Under the pieces are notes generated by a model. It ran no database searches. It saw only the letters and a list, made by a program, of their open reading frames with translations, and was not told the origin of the DNA. From positions 1-64,000 of the forward strand of contig JABVCE010000018.1 in the NCBI GenBank assembly GCA_014905635.1: a stretch of DNA of 64,000 nucleotides, written 5' to 3'. Below are positions 47,105 through 59,862 of the stretch, piece after piece (positions within the stretch are counted from its first letter, which is position 1; each line of letters opens with the position of its first letter). This DNA is from Scenedesmus sp. PABB004. Lineage: Eukaryota. Made by a program: the position numbers and the translations under genes.

Positions 47105-48833
47105 ATGGCGGGGCCCGCCGACGACATCGGCAAGTGGCGAGGTGAGGCGGGCGCCTGGCAGCCAGGCGCCCCATGGGATCGCTGACGGCGCTGCAGCACG
47201 GCCGGCGCGCGGCGCGGCGCGGCGGCGGCAGCAGCGGCGCGGCGGCGCGCGGCCCACGCGGCGGCCCATGCATGCGGCGCTCCTGCAGGCCTGTTCAACT
47301 GGTCCATGAAGTTCCAGGACGGCACCTCGGCCACCGACTACGCGAGCGCGCAGGAGCTGTCGCCCGAGAAGCGCGAGTGGTGCGGCCGCGGCGCGCGCGC
47401 CAGACTCGGGCGGCTGGCGCCGCACCGCCGCCGCCGCTGCTCACGCGGCCGCACGCCCGCAGGCTGGAGCGTGCGCTGGCCGACATGATGAAGGACTTTG
47501 CGGAGCGCATGCAGGAGATCAACACCGCGCTGACCGGCGACGCCGGCGATGCAGGTGGTGCGGCAGGCGAGGGCGGCGGCGACGGCGGCGGCGGCGGCGG
47601 CGCGAGCCTGGCAGAGCGCGAGGCGCTGTGCGACGAGCTGCTGGAGATCGTGGAGAGCGTGGACCACGCGCGCGGTGCGCGGCGCGCGGCGCACGGCCGG
47701 CCGGCGGCGAGGCAGCGCGCTGGGCGAGCTGGCGCGCTCGGCGCGCCGCGCAGGGCCGCCCGCCCCGCCGCCCGCCGCGCGACGTCGCCGCGTGCGCCGC
47801 CGCCGCCGCCGCCGCCGCAGACCTGCACACGATCGGCGGCCTCCCGACGCTGCTGGCCCTGACGTCGAGCCTGCACGCGTCGCTGCGCTGGCGCGCGGCC
47901 GAGATCATGGGCACGTGCATGGCCAACAACCCGCCCGTGCAGCGCTGGTTCGCCGACGGCGGCGCGCTGCCGCGCCTCATGGCGCTGCTGGGTGACGGCG
48001 ACGCGCGCGTGGTGACCAAGGCGCTGTTCGCGCTCGGGGCGCTGGTGCGGCACTACGACCCCGGGCTGGAGGCGTTCCGCCTCGCCGGCGGCCTGCCCGC
48101 GCTGCTCGCGCTGCTCGGCTGCGCGACCGACCACGACGTCGCGCCGGCGGCCGGCGCTGCCGCGGGCGGCGGCGGCGGCGGCGCGGCGGCGGCGGGCGAG
48201 CGGCTCGCCGGGCTGCGCCTCGGCGGCGGCGCCGGCGGCGAGGCCGCCGACGCCGCGCAGGCGCGCAAGCTGCGGCGCAAGGTGCTCGCGCTGCTGGGCT
48301 ACTTGCTGGCCAAGCACCCCGCCGACCGGCTCGCGGCGGCCGAGTACGGCGTCGGCGCCGCGCTCTCCGCGGCGCTCGCCGACCCGGGCGCCGACGCGGA
48401 CGGCCGCGCCGCGGCGCTGGCGGTGCTGGTGCAGGTCGCGGGCCACCCGGGCGGCTGGGCGGTGCTGCGGGCGCAGCAGCCGGGCCTGCCCGCGCAGCTC
48501 GAGGCGCTCGCCGCGGCGCACGCGCGCCTCGGCGCCGAGGACCGCGAGGCCGGCGCGGAGGAGGGCGCGCTGCTCGGCGCGGCGCTCGCGCTGCTCACCG
48601 CGCCGGCGCCGCCGGCCGGCGCGGGCGGCGCGCTGCGCGACCACGTGGACCTGGACCCCTACCAGGACGGCGGCGAGCGCGGCGAGCAGACGCTGAGCCT
48701 GCGCGACCCGCCGCCTCCCGCGGGCGGCAGCGGCAGTGGCGCCGAGGCCGGGGCCGGCGGCGGCGGCGGCGGCAGTGGCGGCAGTGGCGGTGGGCTGGCG
48801 CTCATGGCGGTGCCGCAGCCGGAGCTGCGGTGA
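47105..48833 (+). CDS. FES1: Hsp70 nucleotide-exchange factor, Fes1/HspBP1 family, 4 exons
   Basis: WRGLFNWSMKFQDGT, LLEIVESVDHARDLHTIGG, LRWRAAEIMGTCMANNPPVQ and KALFALGALVRH armadillo-type motifs. Confidence 0.88.
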
Positions 48834-49351
48834 GGCTGCTGGGGGAACGTCGCCGCCGTCACGGCCCCGGCGCGCCGCTGAGCCGCCGCGAGCGCACCGT
48901 CAGCGCCGGCGCCTGCGCGGCAAGCAGCAGCGCGCCCGCCGCCGCTCCCCCAGTTCTCTGTCTCGGGGCCCGGGTCGGTGACGAGGTCGCAGCCCCGCGC
49001 GCCCGCCCCGCCGCGCACCGTGCACGACCGAGGAGCAGCAGGCGACGCACGCGCGCGGCCGGCGCTCCGGGCGACCAGGTGCGTCATAGCGCTCGTCATA
49101 GCGCTCTCCCCGCCACCGCCCCGGGCCCTGCGCGCGCGGCAGCGGCGCGAGGCCCGCCAACGCCTCCCCCGGGCGCGCGGGAGGCCCTCGCGGCGCCCGC
49201 TCGCGGCCACAAGCATCCTCGCGGCCTCATCCTCTCAAATGCCCGCCCGCAGGGAGTCGCAGGGCAGCGGCGCGCGCGCTCGGCGCCCGAGCAGCAGCTC
49301 CCTCCCGCGGGGGCGCTGCGCGCGCCAGCCGCGGGGGCCGGGGCGGCCGCC

Positions 49352-51469
49352 ATGGCGCCCTCGAGCCAGGCGCAGCCGGCGTGGCTGGGCGGCGCGTGGC
49401 AGCTGGCGCCGGCGGCGCAGCGCCCGCGCGGCGGCGGCGCCGGAACGCTGCACGCGCGGCCGCCGGGCGCGCTGCTGCTCGCGCACATCCACTCCTCCGT
49501 GGCGCAGCGCCAGAACCAGAACCAGCGGCAGCAGCAGCAGCAGCAGCAGCACGCGCCGCCGTGGGCGTGGCCGTGGGCGGCGCCGCCGAGCGGCGGCGGC
49601 GCCGCGCCGCCCGCGGCGCCGCTCGCCGGCGCGACGTTTTGCGAGGCCGGCAGCCGCCTCCGCAGCCCAGACGCAGCCCCCTGCAACCAGGTGGCCACGC
49701 TGGCGCTGGTCCCCGAGGGCAGCGGCTCGGGCGGGCAGCAGGCGGACCGCGCCGGGCAGGCGCAGAAGCCGGGCGCCCCGCAGTGGCAGCAGGCGCAGCA
49801 GGCGCAGCAGCAGCAGGCCCAGCTGCAGCAGCAGCTGCAGCAGCAGCGGCGGCCAGGCGCGCCGCCGCCGCCGCCGGGGGCGGCCACGAGCGCCGCCGGC
49901 GGCGGCCAGCAGCAGCACGACGGGGGCGGCTCGCCGCTGCCGCCGCCGGGGCTGCGCGCGCTGGGGCGCGCCATCAACGGCGAGGCGGGCAAGCTGCTGG
50001 GCCTGGTTGGCGCGCAGCTGCTGATGCACTTTGCCAACCTCCAGCGCGGCATGGCCGCGCTGCAGCAGCAGCAGCTCGACGGCGCGGCAGACGGCGCGCA
50101 GCAGGCGCAGCGCGCCCCCGCCGGCTGGCGGCCGCGCATGCCGTGGCAGCGCCAGCCGCCGGGCGGCGACGCGGGCGGCAAGGCGGCGGCGGCCGGCGGC
50201 GGCGCCGCGTGGCAGGCGAGCGAGGCGGTGCGGCAGTGGGTCGCGCGCGGCATCGCGGCCGAGGCGCAGATGGACCTGCGCGGCGCGCTCGCGTGCTACA
50301 CCAACGCCGTCACGCTCGCGCCGGGCGACGCGGAGCTGCTCTGCCGCCTCGCGAAGCAGTGGAGCGACCTCACGTACGAGGAGGGCGCGAGCGTGGAGCA
50401 GATCCAGGAGGTCAACGCCAAGGCCGTGGAGTACGCGGAGCGCGCGATCACGCTCGCGCCCAAGGCGCGCCGCTGCGGCGGGGCACGCGCGCGCCAGGGG
50501 GGGGGGGCACCGCCAGGGGCGGGGCGGGCGGCGCGTGCTGGCAGCGCAGGGGGGCGCCGGTCGCGCGGCTGCCACAGCGCGGCGGCAGCCTGGCCGACCC
50601 TCCGCTGCCGCCGCCGCCGCCGCCGCACAGTCTGCGGGCGGCTACATGGCGAGCTGCGTGAGCCGCGGCCGCCTGGCGCTGCTGAGCGACAACAAGACCA
50701 AGGTCCGGCTCGCCAAGGAGGCGCAGGAGGCGGCACGCACCGCGCTCGCGATGGAGCCGGGCAACGACCTCGCGCACCACCTCATGGGCCGCTGGCACTA
50801 CGAGATGGCGCAGATCAACTTTGTCGTGCGCCAGCTCATCCGCCTCGTCTACGGCGCCGCGCTCGCGCCGGGGCGGTTCGAGGACGCGCTGTCAGAGTTC
50901 TCCGCCGCGGTGTCGCTCAACCCGAACAAGCTCATCCACAGGCGCGCGCGGCGGCGTGCGCGGCGGCGCGGCAGCGCGGCAGCGCGGCGCCGCGGCGGCG
51001 CGGCAGCGCGGCAGCGCGGCGCCACGGCGCCGCGGCGCGTAGCAGCAGCAGCCGCCGCCGCGCGGGGCGCGCATCGAGCGCGCGGCCGCCGCTGTTGCGC
51101 CGCCCGCGCAGGGTTGAGCTGGGGCGCACGCACCTGCGGCTGGGCCACCGGCGCGAGGCGTACGAGCAGCTGGTCGCGAGCACGCGGCTGCCGGTGGAGG
51201 ACGTGAATGCGAAGCTGCAGCTCGAGGACGCGCAGCTGCTGCTGGACAAGCTGCGCAAGGAGGGCATCGAAAAGGAGGTCGCCAAGGCCGCCGCCGCCAG
51301 CAGGGACGGCAGCGCCGCCGGCGCGGCCGCGGACTTCCAGGCGGCCGTCGCCTGGGGCAGCCTCGGCAGCAGCGCCAGCGGCAGCACGCACGCGGGCGAG
51401 GCGGGCGCTGGCAGCAGCATCAGCGGCGGCGGCAGCAGCAGCAGCAGCAGCGCCGGCGGCGGCGCGTAG
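49352..51469 (+). CDS. TPR-like protein of the RMDN/FAM82 type with a long Gln/Ala-rich N-terminus, 3 exons
   Basis: ELLCRLAK...AVEYAERA, NKTKVRLA...ALAMEPGNDLAHHLMGRWHYEMA...LIRLVYG. Both introns are GC-AG. Confidence 0.75.
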   Translation: MAPSSQAQPAWLGGAWQLAPAAQRPRGGGAGTLHARPPGALLLAHIHSSVAQRQNQNQRQQQQQQQHAPPWAWPWAAPPSGGGAAPPAAPLAGATFCEAGSRLRSPDAAPCNQVATLALVPEGSGSGGQQADRAGQAQKPGAPQWQQAQQAQQQQAQLQQQLQQQRRPGAPPPPPGAATSAAGGGQQQHDGGGSPLPPPGLRALGRAINGEAGKLLGLVGAQLLMHFANLQRGMAALQQQQLDGAADGAQQAQRAPAGWRPRMPWQRQPPGGDAGGKAAAAGGGAAWQASEAVRQWVARGIAAEAQMDLRGALACYTNAVTLAPGDAELLCRLAKQWSDLTYEEGASVEQIQEVNAKAVEYAERAITLAPKARRCGGARARQGGGAPPGAGRAARAGSAGGRRSRGCHSAAAAWPTLRCRRRRRRTVCGRLHGELREPRPPGAAERQQDQGPARQGGAGGGTHRARDGAGQRPRAPPHGPLALRDGADQLCRAPAHPPRLRRRARAGAVRGRAVRVLRRGVAQPEQAHPQARAAACAAARQRGSAAPRRRGSAAARRHGAAARSSSSRRRAGRASSARPPLLRRPRRVELGRTHLRLGHRREAYEQLVASTRLPVEDVNAKLQLEDAQLLLDKLRKEGIEKEVAKAAAASRDGSAAGAAADFQAAVAWGSLGSSASGSTHAGEAGAGSSISGGGSSSSSSAGGGA

Positions 51470-51887
51470 CGGCATGCTGGCGTCAGGGCGCGGGGGGTGG
51501 GCCCTGAACCGGCGGCGTGTGCAGCCCGCCGCCGTGCGCGGCCGGGAGTTTTTGCCGCGGGTCTGGGGCAGGGCGTCGTTGCTGTGCTGAGATTGCACAC
51601 GAGCAGCCTTGGTATTTTCATTGGTTGCCGCGGCGAGGGGCGGGGCGGTAGCGTAGCGGCGGGTGCGCGTGAGCCGCTGCGCGCGTGCGGCGGCGACTGA
51701 AGCCCGCTCGCGCGGCAGGCCGCGCGGCACGCGCGAGGCAGGAGGGCGCGGCGCTTGATCCACTTCCAATCAACGCCGGCGGTGGCGGCGGCGCGCATGT
51801 GTGCCGTCCACACGCGGCATGTGTGCTTGACCAGCGTGCGATCGTGCTCGCGTGACGGGCTGTTGCAACGCCGACAGGCCCCAGACC

Positions 51888-53201
51888 TCACCGCGCGTGC
51901 TGCTCACCCGCGCCGCCCCCGCTCTCGACGGCGCTCGCGCCGTCGCCGCCCGCGCGCTCCACGACCGACGGCGCGAACGTGCGCGGCACGTCCGTCTGCC
52001 ACAGCGCCGAGCGCGGGTCGGACCACATCGACTGCAGCGCGTGGACGTGGTGCCGCCCCACCACCGCCACGACGGTGAGCGGCGTGTCGGCCGCCGCGCC
52101 GCTGCCGCCGCCCGCCGTTGGCTGTGCCTCCGGCTGCAGCCGCTGCGCCAATGGCGGCCGCGCGCCCGCAGCCGCCGCCGCCGCCGCGGCCTCCTTGATC
52201 TGGGCGGCCATGTAGCGCTGCCGCAGGTTGAAGTGCGCCCACTTGAGCGGCTGCAGCCGCCGCAGGCGCACCGCCGCGGCCTGCGCCTCCGCCGGCGACA
52301 GCAGCGCCGCCGCGGTGGCGCGGCTGACCTTGAACAGCAGCTCCTCCACCGACGCCGCGCCCGCCTGCCCGCCCTCCGCGCCGAGCGCCGCGGCCGCGCC
52401 CGCGAGCTGGCGGTCCCACGCCGCCGCGGCGGGGCTGACCAGCCGCTCCAGCGCCGCGAGGTCGTCGAGCGGGCGGGCCGCGTTGAGCGCCTGCTCGTCG
52501 GGCGGCGCGAAGCCCCGCAGCAGCTGCCCCACCCACGCCTCCTGCAGCGCGATCGGCGCGTCGATGCAGGCGAGGCCGGCGCCCGCCGCGGCCGCGTGCT
52601 GCGCGGCGACGACAAACTCGAGCCCCGGCAGGAACCCCGCCGCGCGCAGCACCGCCGCCGCGGCGGCGGGGCGCGCCGCGAGGTCGAGGCCGGCGTAGAA
52701 GCCGTGCGTCTCCCAGGGGTCGATGAGCCAGTCACGGCCCACGCGCGCGCCCGGCGCGCCCGCGCTAGCGAGCGCCGCCTCCAGCGCGGCGAGCGCGGCG
52801 GGGTCGTCGCCGCGGCCGCCCGCCGCGAGGTGGTCCAGCACCGCGCCGACCCAGGCCGGGTGCGGCGCGCGGGCGTGCGCGGGCGGCGGCGGCTGCTCGA
52901 GCAGCACCAGGGCGGGCGCGAGCGCGAGTGCCTCGCTGACGAGCGCCTGCTGCAGCGGCGCAAACGGCGCCACGCCCACCAGCACCACGCGCGCGCCGCT
53001 GTTGGCGTCGAGCAGCGGGGACGCCGTGCCGTGCGCCAGCCAGGCGCGGTTGGCGGCCGCGAGCGCGGCGACCAGCTCCGCGTCCGGCGCGACCGCCGCC
53101 AGCGCCGACGCCGCCGCTCGGGCGGCGAGCCGCGGTCGCTGCTGCCGTGGCAGCGGCGGCGGCGCACACGCAGCGCGCCGCCCGGCGGCGGAGGCGGCCA
53201 T
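51888..53201 (-). CDS. TraB/PrgY-family-like protein with a possible organellar transit peptide, intronless
   Basis: VVLVGV, VLLE, LEFVVA...LACID, LRQRYMAAQI and VVAVVGRHHVHAL resemble TraB motifs. Confidence 0.65.
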   Translation of the reverse strand: MAASAAGRRAACAPPPLPRQQRPRLAARAAASALAAVAPDAELVAALAAANRAWLAHGTASPLLDANSGARVVLVGVAPFAPLQQALVSEALALAPALVLLEQPPPPAHARAPHPAWVGAVLDHLAAGGRGDDPAALAALEAALASAGAPGARVGRDWLIDPWETHGFYAGLDLAARPAAAAAVLRAAGFLPGLEFVVAAQHAAAAGAGLACIDAPIALQEAWVGQLLRGFAPPDEQALNAARPLDDLAALERLVSPAAAAWDRQLAGAAAALGAEGGQAGAASVEELLFKVSRATAAALLSPAEAQAAAVRLRRLQPLKWAHFNLRQRYMAAQIKEAAAAAAAAGARPPLAQRLQPEAQPTAGGGSGAAADTPLTVVAVVGRHHVHALQSMWSDPRSALWQTDVPRTFAPSVVERAGGDGASAVESGGGAGEQHAR

Positions 53202-53601
53202 CGCGCGCAGTGGGCTTGCGGCGTGAAGTGCCGGATTCCGGAGTGTGGGCGCCAGCGCGCGATCGATGAGCAAAGAGCCTGAGCCCTGCGCCGCCGCGGC
53301 GGTCGCACCTGCCCCCTCACAGCGCTCACAAGGCGCACCGCGCGCCCTGCTCCCGCTCATCGCCCCCACACATCGCCGGCGCCCCTCCCCGTGCCGCGCA
53401 GTCGCCTCCACCGCGCCCCGCCGAGCCGTGCGGCCACGCGCCCCCCGCATCAGCGCCGCCCTGCGCGTCCCGGGCCCACCATCTCGCGCGCTCGCGCTCC
53501 CTCAGCCAATCCCGACTTGTTCACACCCCCTGGAACACGCGCAGCGTCGCCACGCCCGCAAGCGGCGACGCCCGGCGACAGACCCCTGCGCGCGCCCAAA
53601 G

Positions 53602-54538
53602 ATGGCGCCCAAGCCCGCCCCGCTGCTGCTGGACGACGTGAGCAGCCCCCAGGACGTCTCGCCGTTCCAGGCGCAGCCGCCCGCCTCCACCGGCGCGCTC
53701 GCCGGCGCGCCACGGCGCCGCCGCGGCGTGGCCGGCCTGCTCGGCTGCGCCTGCCTGGGCGGCACCGCGGCGGACGCGGAGGCCGACGTGGCGCATGGCG
53801 ACGACGCGGCCGGCCCCGGCCCCGGCAGCAGCGCGCCGAGCGGCGCGCTCGGCACGCCGCGCTCGCCGCGCAAGGCCAGCGCGCTCGGCCGCGGCAGCGG
53901 CCGCCACAGCTTCGACCGCGACGTGCGCCTGAGCGGCTCGCTGCGCACCGGCGGCAGCGTCTACTCGGAGGGCGAGTGGCACGACGCGACGAGCACCTTC
54001 AGCGCCGCGGCCGAGCGCGACCAGGCGGAGGCGCTCGCGGAGGTGGTGCAGCTCGCGCGCGAGCTCGGCCCGGTCAAGGCCTCGTGGATCCCCGACCCGC
54101 CGCTCGCGTTTGGCACGCCCGACATGCAGTTTGTCAGGATCCCCGCCGTCACGGGCTTCGCGGCGTACTGGTGCGCCCGCGGCGCGCGGCGCCGCGCCCG
54201 CCGCGCGCGCGGTCGACCCCCGCGGCGGCGCGGCCTCACCCCGCCCCCCGCCCACCCGCCCTCCCGCGCAGGCTGCGCGACGACGCGCGCACGACGCCGT
54301 TCCCGCAGCCCATCGACGTGATGCTGGGCGCGGGGTTCATCGTGCAGAAGACGCACGCCAGCATCCCGGGCATCTGGATCCAGGAGACCCCCACCACGCT
54401 CTCCATCACCGCCACGCCCGTGTTTTGCCCGCCCGGCATCAGCGGCTACAGCGAGAGCTACGACAAGGTGCACAACACGGAGCAGTCGTGGATGCCGCGG
54501 TGCGAGGGCGCCGCCGCCGCCGTGCCGCCGTGCCGCCC

Positions 54539-54576
<38 letters not shown>

Positions 54577-55010
54577 CACCACGGCAGCCGCAGCGCCGGC
54601 CCTGACGCCGCGCCGCCGCGCCGCGCCGCGCCGCGCAGGCGCGACCTCAAGATGGGCCGCGCGTACGGCAAGCTGTACCTGACCGCCGACGGCATGCTCA
54701 TCGCGCGCGTGTGGCAGAAGCCCGCGTTCAGCGACAAGGTCGACATCATCATGGAGGTGACCCCCGCGCCGGCAGCCGGGCCCGGCGGCGCGTCGGCCGC
54801 GGCGCGCGGCGGGCGGCCACGGCGCTGCTGCCGCCGTGCTGATGGCCCCGCCGCCGCCGCCGCCGCCGCACGGTGCGTGTGTGTGTGCAGGAGTACATGC
54901 GGCTGGAGGAGGGCGGCGAGGTGATCGTCGATCGCATGACCTGCCTGCACGTGCCCAGCGGCAAGCGCGCAACGCAGTTCCAGGTCGGCTTCCGCCGCCC
55001 CGCGCCTTAG
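53602..55010 (+). CDS. Hypothetical protein, 4 exons
   Basis: Clean GT-AG splicing, strong codon bias and a globular-looking C-terminal half. No family recognised. Confidence 0.7.
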
Positions 55011-55728
55011 TGGGGCCGGGGCGCGCAGCACGCAGCACGCAGCACGCCGCCGCGACGCGGGGCTGGGGGCTGAGGGGGGCCGCGCCGCGACTGCACAAGT
55101 CGCCCCGCGGGGGGAGCACTGAGCTGTCAGCCGGTGTGCGCGTTGCGCGTTGCGGCGGCGCGTTGTGGTTGGCCACACCCACACTGAACTGAGCGATAGA
55201 CTTGGACGTTGCTCGCCGGCGTTTCGAGCGGCGGCGAGCAGCGACTAACGACGCGGCGGCGGCGGCTCAGCGCGCGTGCCGGCAATCGCAGCGCCGTCAC
55301 CTGCGCCGCCAGTCCTCTGCGCCAGCGACGCAGTGGCAGCACCCCCGGCCGCGCTGGGCCTGCGAGGCGAACGAGCAGCATCCCGCGGGCGCCCCGGCGC
55401 TCCCTGTGCAGCCCGGAAGCAGGCGGGCGAGGGCCTTGCAGGTGCGTTGTGCCTGACCGGTGACTATGCGGTGCCTGGCAGCCGCTGCGGGGGCCAGGCC
55501 GCGCGGCACCGCGCGACGGCGCCGCTGGGCGGGGCGCCGATCGGTGCAGGGGCCGCGGGCGCCAAATTCAGGCGGCCCCGCGCGTGCAATGGGTCGCTCT
55601 GGTGCTACAGCGCGGCGCGTGGGGCGCTGCGGCCCGCGCTTGGCGCGGCAGGCTTCGCATCCCTCCGGCTGCTGCTGCTGCTGCCGCCCCGCCCACGCGC
55701 TGCTGCCCCGCTCTCCGCAGCCGCAGCC

Positions 55729-57216
55729 ATGGCCGGAGATCGGGACGCCCGCGCCAAGGCGGAGGCCAAGGAAGCAGGTGCGGCCGGCAGCGGCGGCGGC
55801 AGCGGGCGGCGGCAGCGGGCGGCGGCAGCGGGCGGCGGCAGCGGCGGCAGCGGGCGTGGCGCCGCGCGCTGCGCCGGCGCGGCGCTGCGCCTGCGCAGCC
55901 AGCTGAGCGCCGCCGGCGCGGCCCGCGCGCGCAGCCAAGGCCGCGAAGCGCGCGGAGCAGAAGGCCAAGCGCCTGGCCAAGGAGGCGGCCAAGGCCGCCA
56001 CGGGCGGGAGCGCGGGCGGCTCGCTCGCGGGCGACGACACGTCCGACCAGGACGCCGGCGGCGGCGGCGCCGCCGCGTCGGCGCTCGCGGCGTCGGCGAG
56101 CGCGCTGAGCCTGGGCAAGAGCGCGAGCGCCGCCGCGCTGGGCGGCGGCGAGGAGGAGCACGGGCGCTCGACGACGGGCGTGCTCGCGAGCCACCCGCAG
56201 AGCCGGGACATTCAGATCGACTCCTTCACGCTCCTCTTCCACGGCCACGAGCTGCTCGCCGACACGCGGCTCGAGCTCAACTACGGCCGCCGCTACGGCC
56301 TGCTCGGCCTCAACGGCTGCGGCAAGTCGTGCATGCTGCAGGTCCGTGCGCGGGGGCGCAGGCGCACGCGCACGCGCGCGCGGCGTTCGGCGGCGCGGCC
56401 GCCCGCCGACGCGCCGCCGCCGCCTTCCTGCCCTGCCCGCGCGCCAGGCGCTGGCGCAGCGCGAGGTGCCCATCCCGGAGCACATCGACATGTATCTCCT
56501 GGACAAGGAGATCGCGGCGAGCGACAAGACGGCGCTGCAGGCGCGGCGGGCGCCGGCGGGCGCGGCGGGCGCGCCTCGGCGGGCGCGCCTCGGCGGGCGC
56601 GCCTCGCCGCGCGCGGCAGGCGCCGACGCCCCCGCCGCCGGCGCCGCCGCCGCCCGTCCAGGCTGTGATGGAGGTGGACCAGGAGAAGGTGCGGCTGGAG
56701 GCAGAGGCGGAGGTGCTGGCAGAGGCGGAGATGACGCCCGAGGTCGAGGCGCGCCTGGTGCGCGCGCGGCGGCGGCGGCCGGGCAGGCGCAGCGGCGCGC
56801 GGCGGCTGGCCCCGGCTGCAGCTGCTGCGGCGGCCGCGAGCGGCGCGGCTGCAGGCGGGGCGCCGACGCGGCCGCCCGCCCGCGCGCCCGCCCGCGCGGC
56901 GGTGCAGGCGGACGTGTATGAGCGCCTCGACGCGCTCGACAGCGACACGACCGAGGCGCGCGCCGCGTCCATCCTGCACGGCCTCGGCTTTGACAAGGAG
57001 ATGCAGGCGCGCCCGCGGCGGGGGCCGCCGCACGCTCTGCGCAGCGCCGGCCGCCCCGCGCGCCCCCCGCCGCGCAGCGTCTGAGAGCCGCCGCGCCGCG
57101 CCGCGCCGCGCCGCGCCGCGCGTCGCGTCGCGCAGCGCAAGAAGACGCGCGAGTTCAGCGGCGGCTGGCGCATGCGCATCGCGCTCGCGCGCGCGCTGTT
57201 CCTGGAGCCCACCTTC

Positions 57217-57253
<37 letters not shown>

Positions 57254-59286
57254 AGGCCTGCGTGTGGCTGGAGGACTACCTCTCAAAGTTCAAGCGCATC
57301 CTGCTCATGGTCTCGCACAGGCACGGCGCCGCGCCCGCGCCGCGCCGCGCCGCGAGCCCCCACGCGCAGCCGTCGCGCACCGCCCGCGCGCGCCGCGGAC
57401 GCCCCCGCGCGCGCCGCGGACGCCCCCGCGCGCGCCGCCGACCCCCGCGCCGCGCGCCGCCGCCCGCGCAGCCAGGACTTTCTCAACGGCGTGTGCACCA
57501 ACATCATCCACATGCACAAGAAGTCGTTGCAGTACTACAGCGGCAACTACGACAGCTATGTTCAAACTCGCGCGGAGCTGGAGGAGAACCAGATGAAGCG
57601 GTACAAGTGGGAGCAGGAGCAGATCGGGCACATGAAGGCGCGTCGGCGCCGCCCCGTGGGGCGGCGCGAGGCGCCGCCGCCTCGCCGCAGCGCACGGCGC
57701 GCACGGCGCGCGGCCGCGCGCGCGCCCTCCGCGCGCCGCCGCCGCCGGCCGCCGGCGGACGGCCGACGGCCGTGCCGCACGCCTGCGTGTCGTCGCGCAG
57801 GAGTACATCGCGCGCTTTGGCCACGGCTCGGCCAAGCTCGCGCGGCAGGCGCAGTCCAAGGAGAAGACGCTGGAGAAGATGGTCCGCAGCGGCCTCACCG
57901 AGCGCGTGGAGACGGACCGCGTCGTGAAGCTGCGCTTTGAGAACGTCGGCAAGCTGCCCCCGCCGGTGCTGCAGTTCTCGGGCGTCGCGTTTGGCTACAG
58001 CCCCGACAAGGTCCTGTACAGGTGAGACACAGCAGGCGCAGAGAGAGGGAGAGCGTGGCCCGCCGGCGGCCGCGCGGCGGCACCGGCCGCGTCCCTCGTG
58101 CTGGCGGCCGACACCGCGCCGCGCGCGCGCAGGAACGTCGACCTCGGCGTCGACCTGGACAGCCGCGTCGCGATCGTGGGCGCCAACGGGACGGGCAAGT
58201 CGACGCTGCTCAAGCTCATGACCGGCGCGCTGGAGCCGCTGGACGGCATGGTCAAGCGCCACAACCACCTGCGCATCGGCGTCTACCACCAGCACCTCGT
58301 GCGACCACCGCCCCGCGCCGCGCCGCCAGCCCCGCGCGCCCACTGCCAGCGCCCCGCGCGCGCGCTGCCAGCGCCCACGCCCGCCCGTGCCCACGCCCGC
58401 CGCGCCGCGCGCAGACGGAGCTGCTCGACCCGGACATGACGCCGCTGGAGTACATGATGCGTGAGTACAAGGACATCCCCCTGGAGAAGATGCGCAGCGT
58501 GGTGCGCCACGCGCCCACGCGCGGCGCCGCACGCCCGCGAGCGGGCGGGGCCGAGGGCGGCGCGGCGGCGCGCGGCTGAGAGCGCGCCCCGCGCCGCCGC
58601 GCCTGCGTCGTCCGCGTCGCAGATCGGCCGCTTTGGCATCACAGGTGCGGCGCAGACGCTGAGGATCCGGCACCTCTCGGACGGCCTCAAGAGCCGCGTC
58701 GTGTTCTCGTGGCTCGCGCAGCGCACGCCGCACATGCTGCTGCTGGACGAGCCGACGAATCACCTCGGTGCGTTTGGCCGCGCCGCGCCGCGCCGCGCCG
58801 CACCCGCGCTGACGGCGCCGCCGACCGCTGCTCGCGCGCGGGGCCGGCCGCAGACATCGAGACCATCGACTCGCTCGCGCGCGCCATCAACGGCGCGTGG
58901 CCACGCGCGGGGCGCGCCGCGCCTGCGCTGCCGCCCGCCCGCCGCCGCCCGCCCGCCGACCGGACCCGCCCGCCCCGCTGCGGCGCGCGCAGACTGGGAC
59001 GGCGGGCTGGTCCTGGTGAGCCACGACTTCCGGCTGATCAGCCAGGTCGCCAACGAGATCTGGGAGGTGCGCGACGGCGGCGTGCACGTGTGGAAGGGCG
59101 ACATCGTGGCCTACAAGAAGCACCTCAAGGGCTCGCTGGTGCGCCGCAGCCGCGGCTGCGCGGCTGCGCGCAGGGGCACGGCGCCGCGGCTGCGCGCGCC
59201 GGCCGACCCCCGTCGCCCGCGCCCGCCGGCCGCCGCGCGTCGCGCGCGCGCAGGAGGCGCTGCAGAAGCGCAAGGACCTCGCCTAG
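55729..59286 (+). CDS. ABCF2: ABC-F family ATPase (ABCF2/Arb1-like), 14 exons
   Basis: [56 protein letters not shown] and LSDGLKSR; no transmembrane domains. Confidence 0.95.
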
Positions 59287-59862
59287 CGGCCGGCGGGCTC
59301 GTTGCTGACGCTGCAGCGGGGCGCCCCGCTGCAGCTGGTGTTGCGCGCTCCGTCGCGCCCTCGTCCCCTGTACAAGAGCGTGTCCCGAGTGTCCAGAGAG
59401 AGGTCGTGCGAGCGAGCGGGGCGGCGGCGGGGAGGGGCGGGGCGGGCGGCGGCGTTGGGCGACGGTCGTCACCGGCCGCGCGGGGGGCCGCCGGGCGGCG
59501 CGTTTTGGTTGCTGCTCTGCGCCGACGGGGAAGGAGCGTTGCGCCCAGCTTCTGAACAGCCGGGCCGCCGGTCAACGTAACGGCGCCCGCCGCCGCTGTC
59601 CGCGGCTTAGCTTCTCCCTGCGCCCGCCCGGCACCTCGGCGCCCGGCTGACGCTTGCCGCTCGAGAGCACGCCCGGCCCGAATCCCCAAGCGGAGCGCGC
59701 CACCGGGCGGCGCAGCAGCAGCGGACCGCCATCTCGCTCCCGGCCGCGGCCATGCGCCGCCGCGCCGGCCCCTGGACGGGGCCACGCGCCCAGAGGTGAC
59801 GTGCCTGACGCGCTCGGTTGCGAGCAGCCCCCTGACGGGCGCCCGCGCACGCAGCAGCGGCG

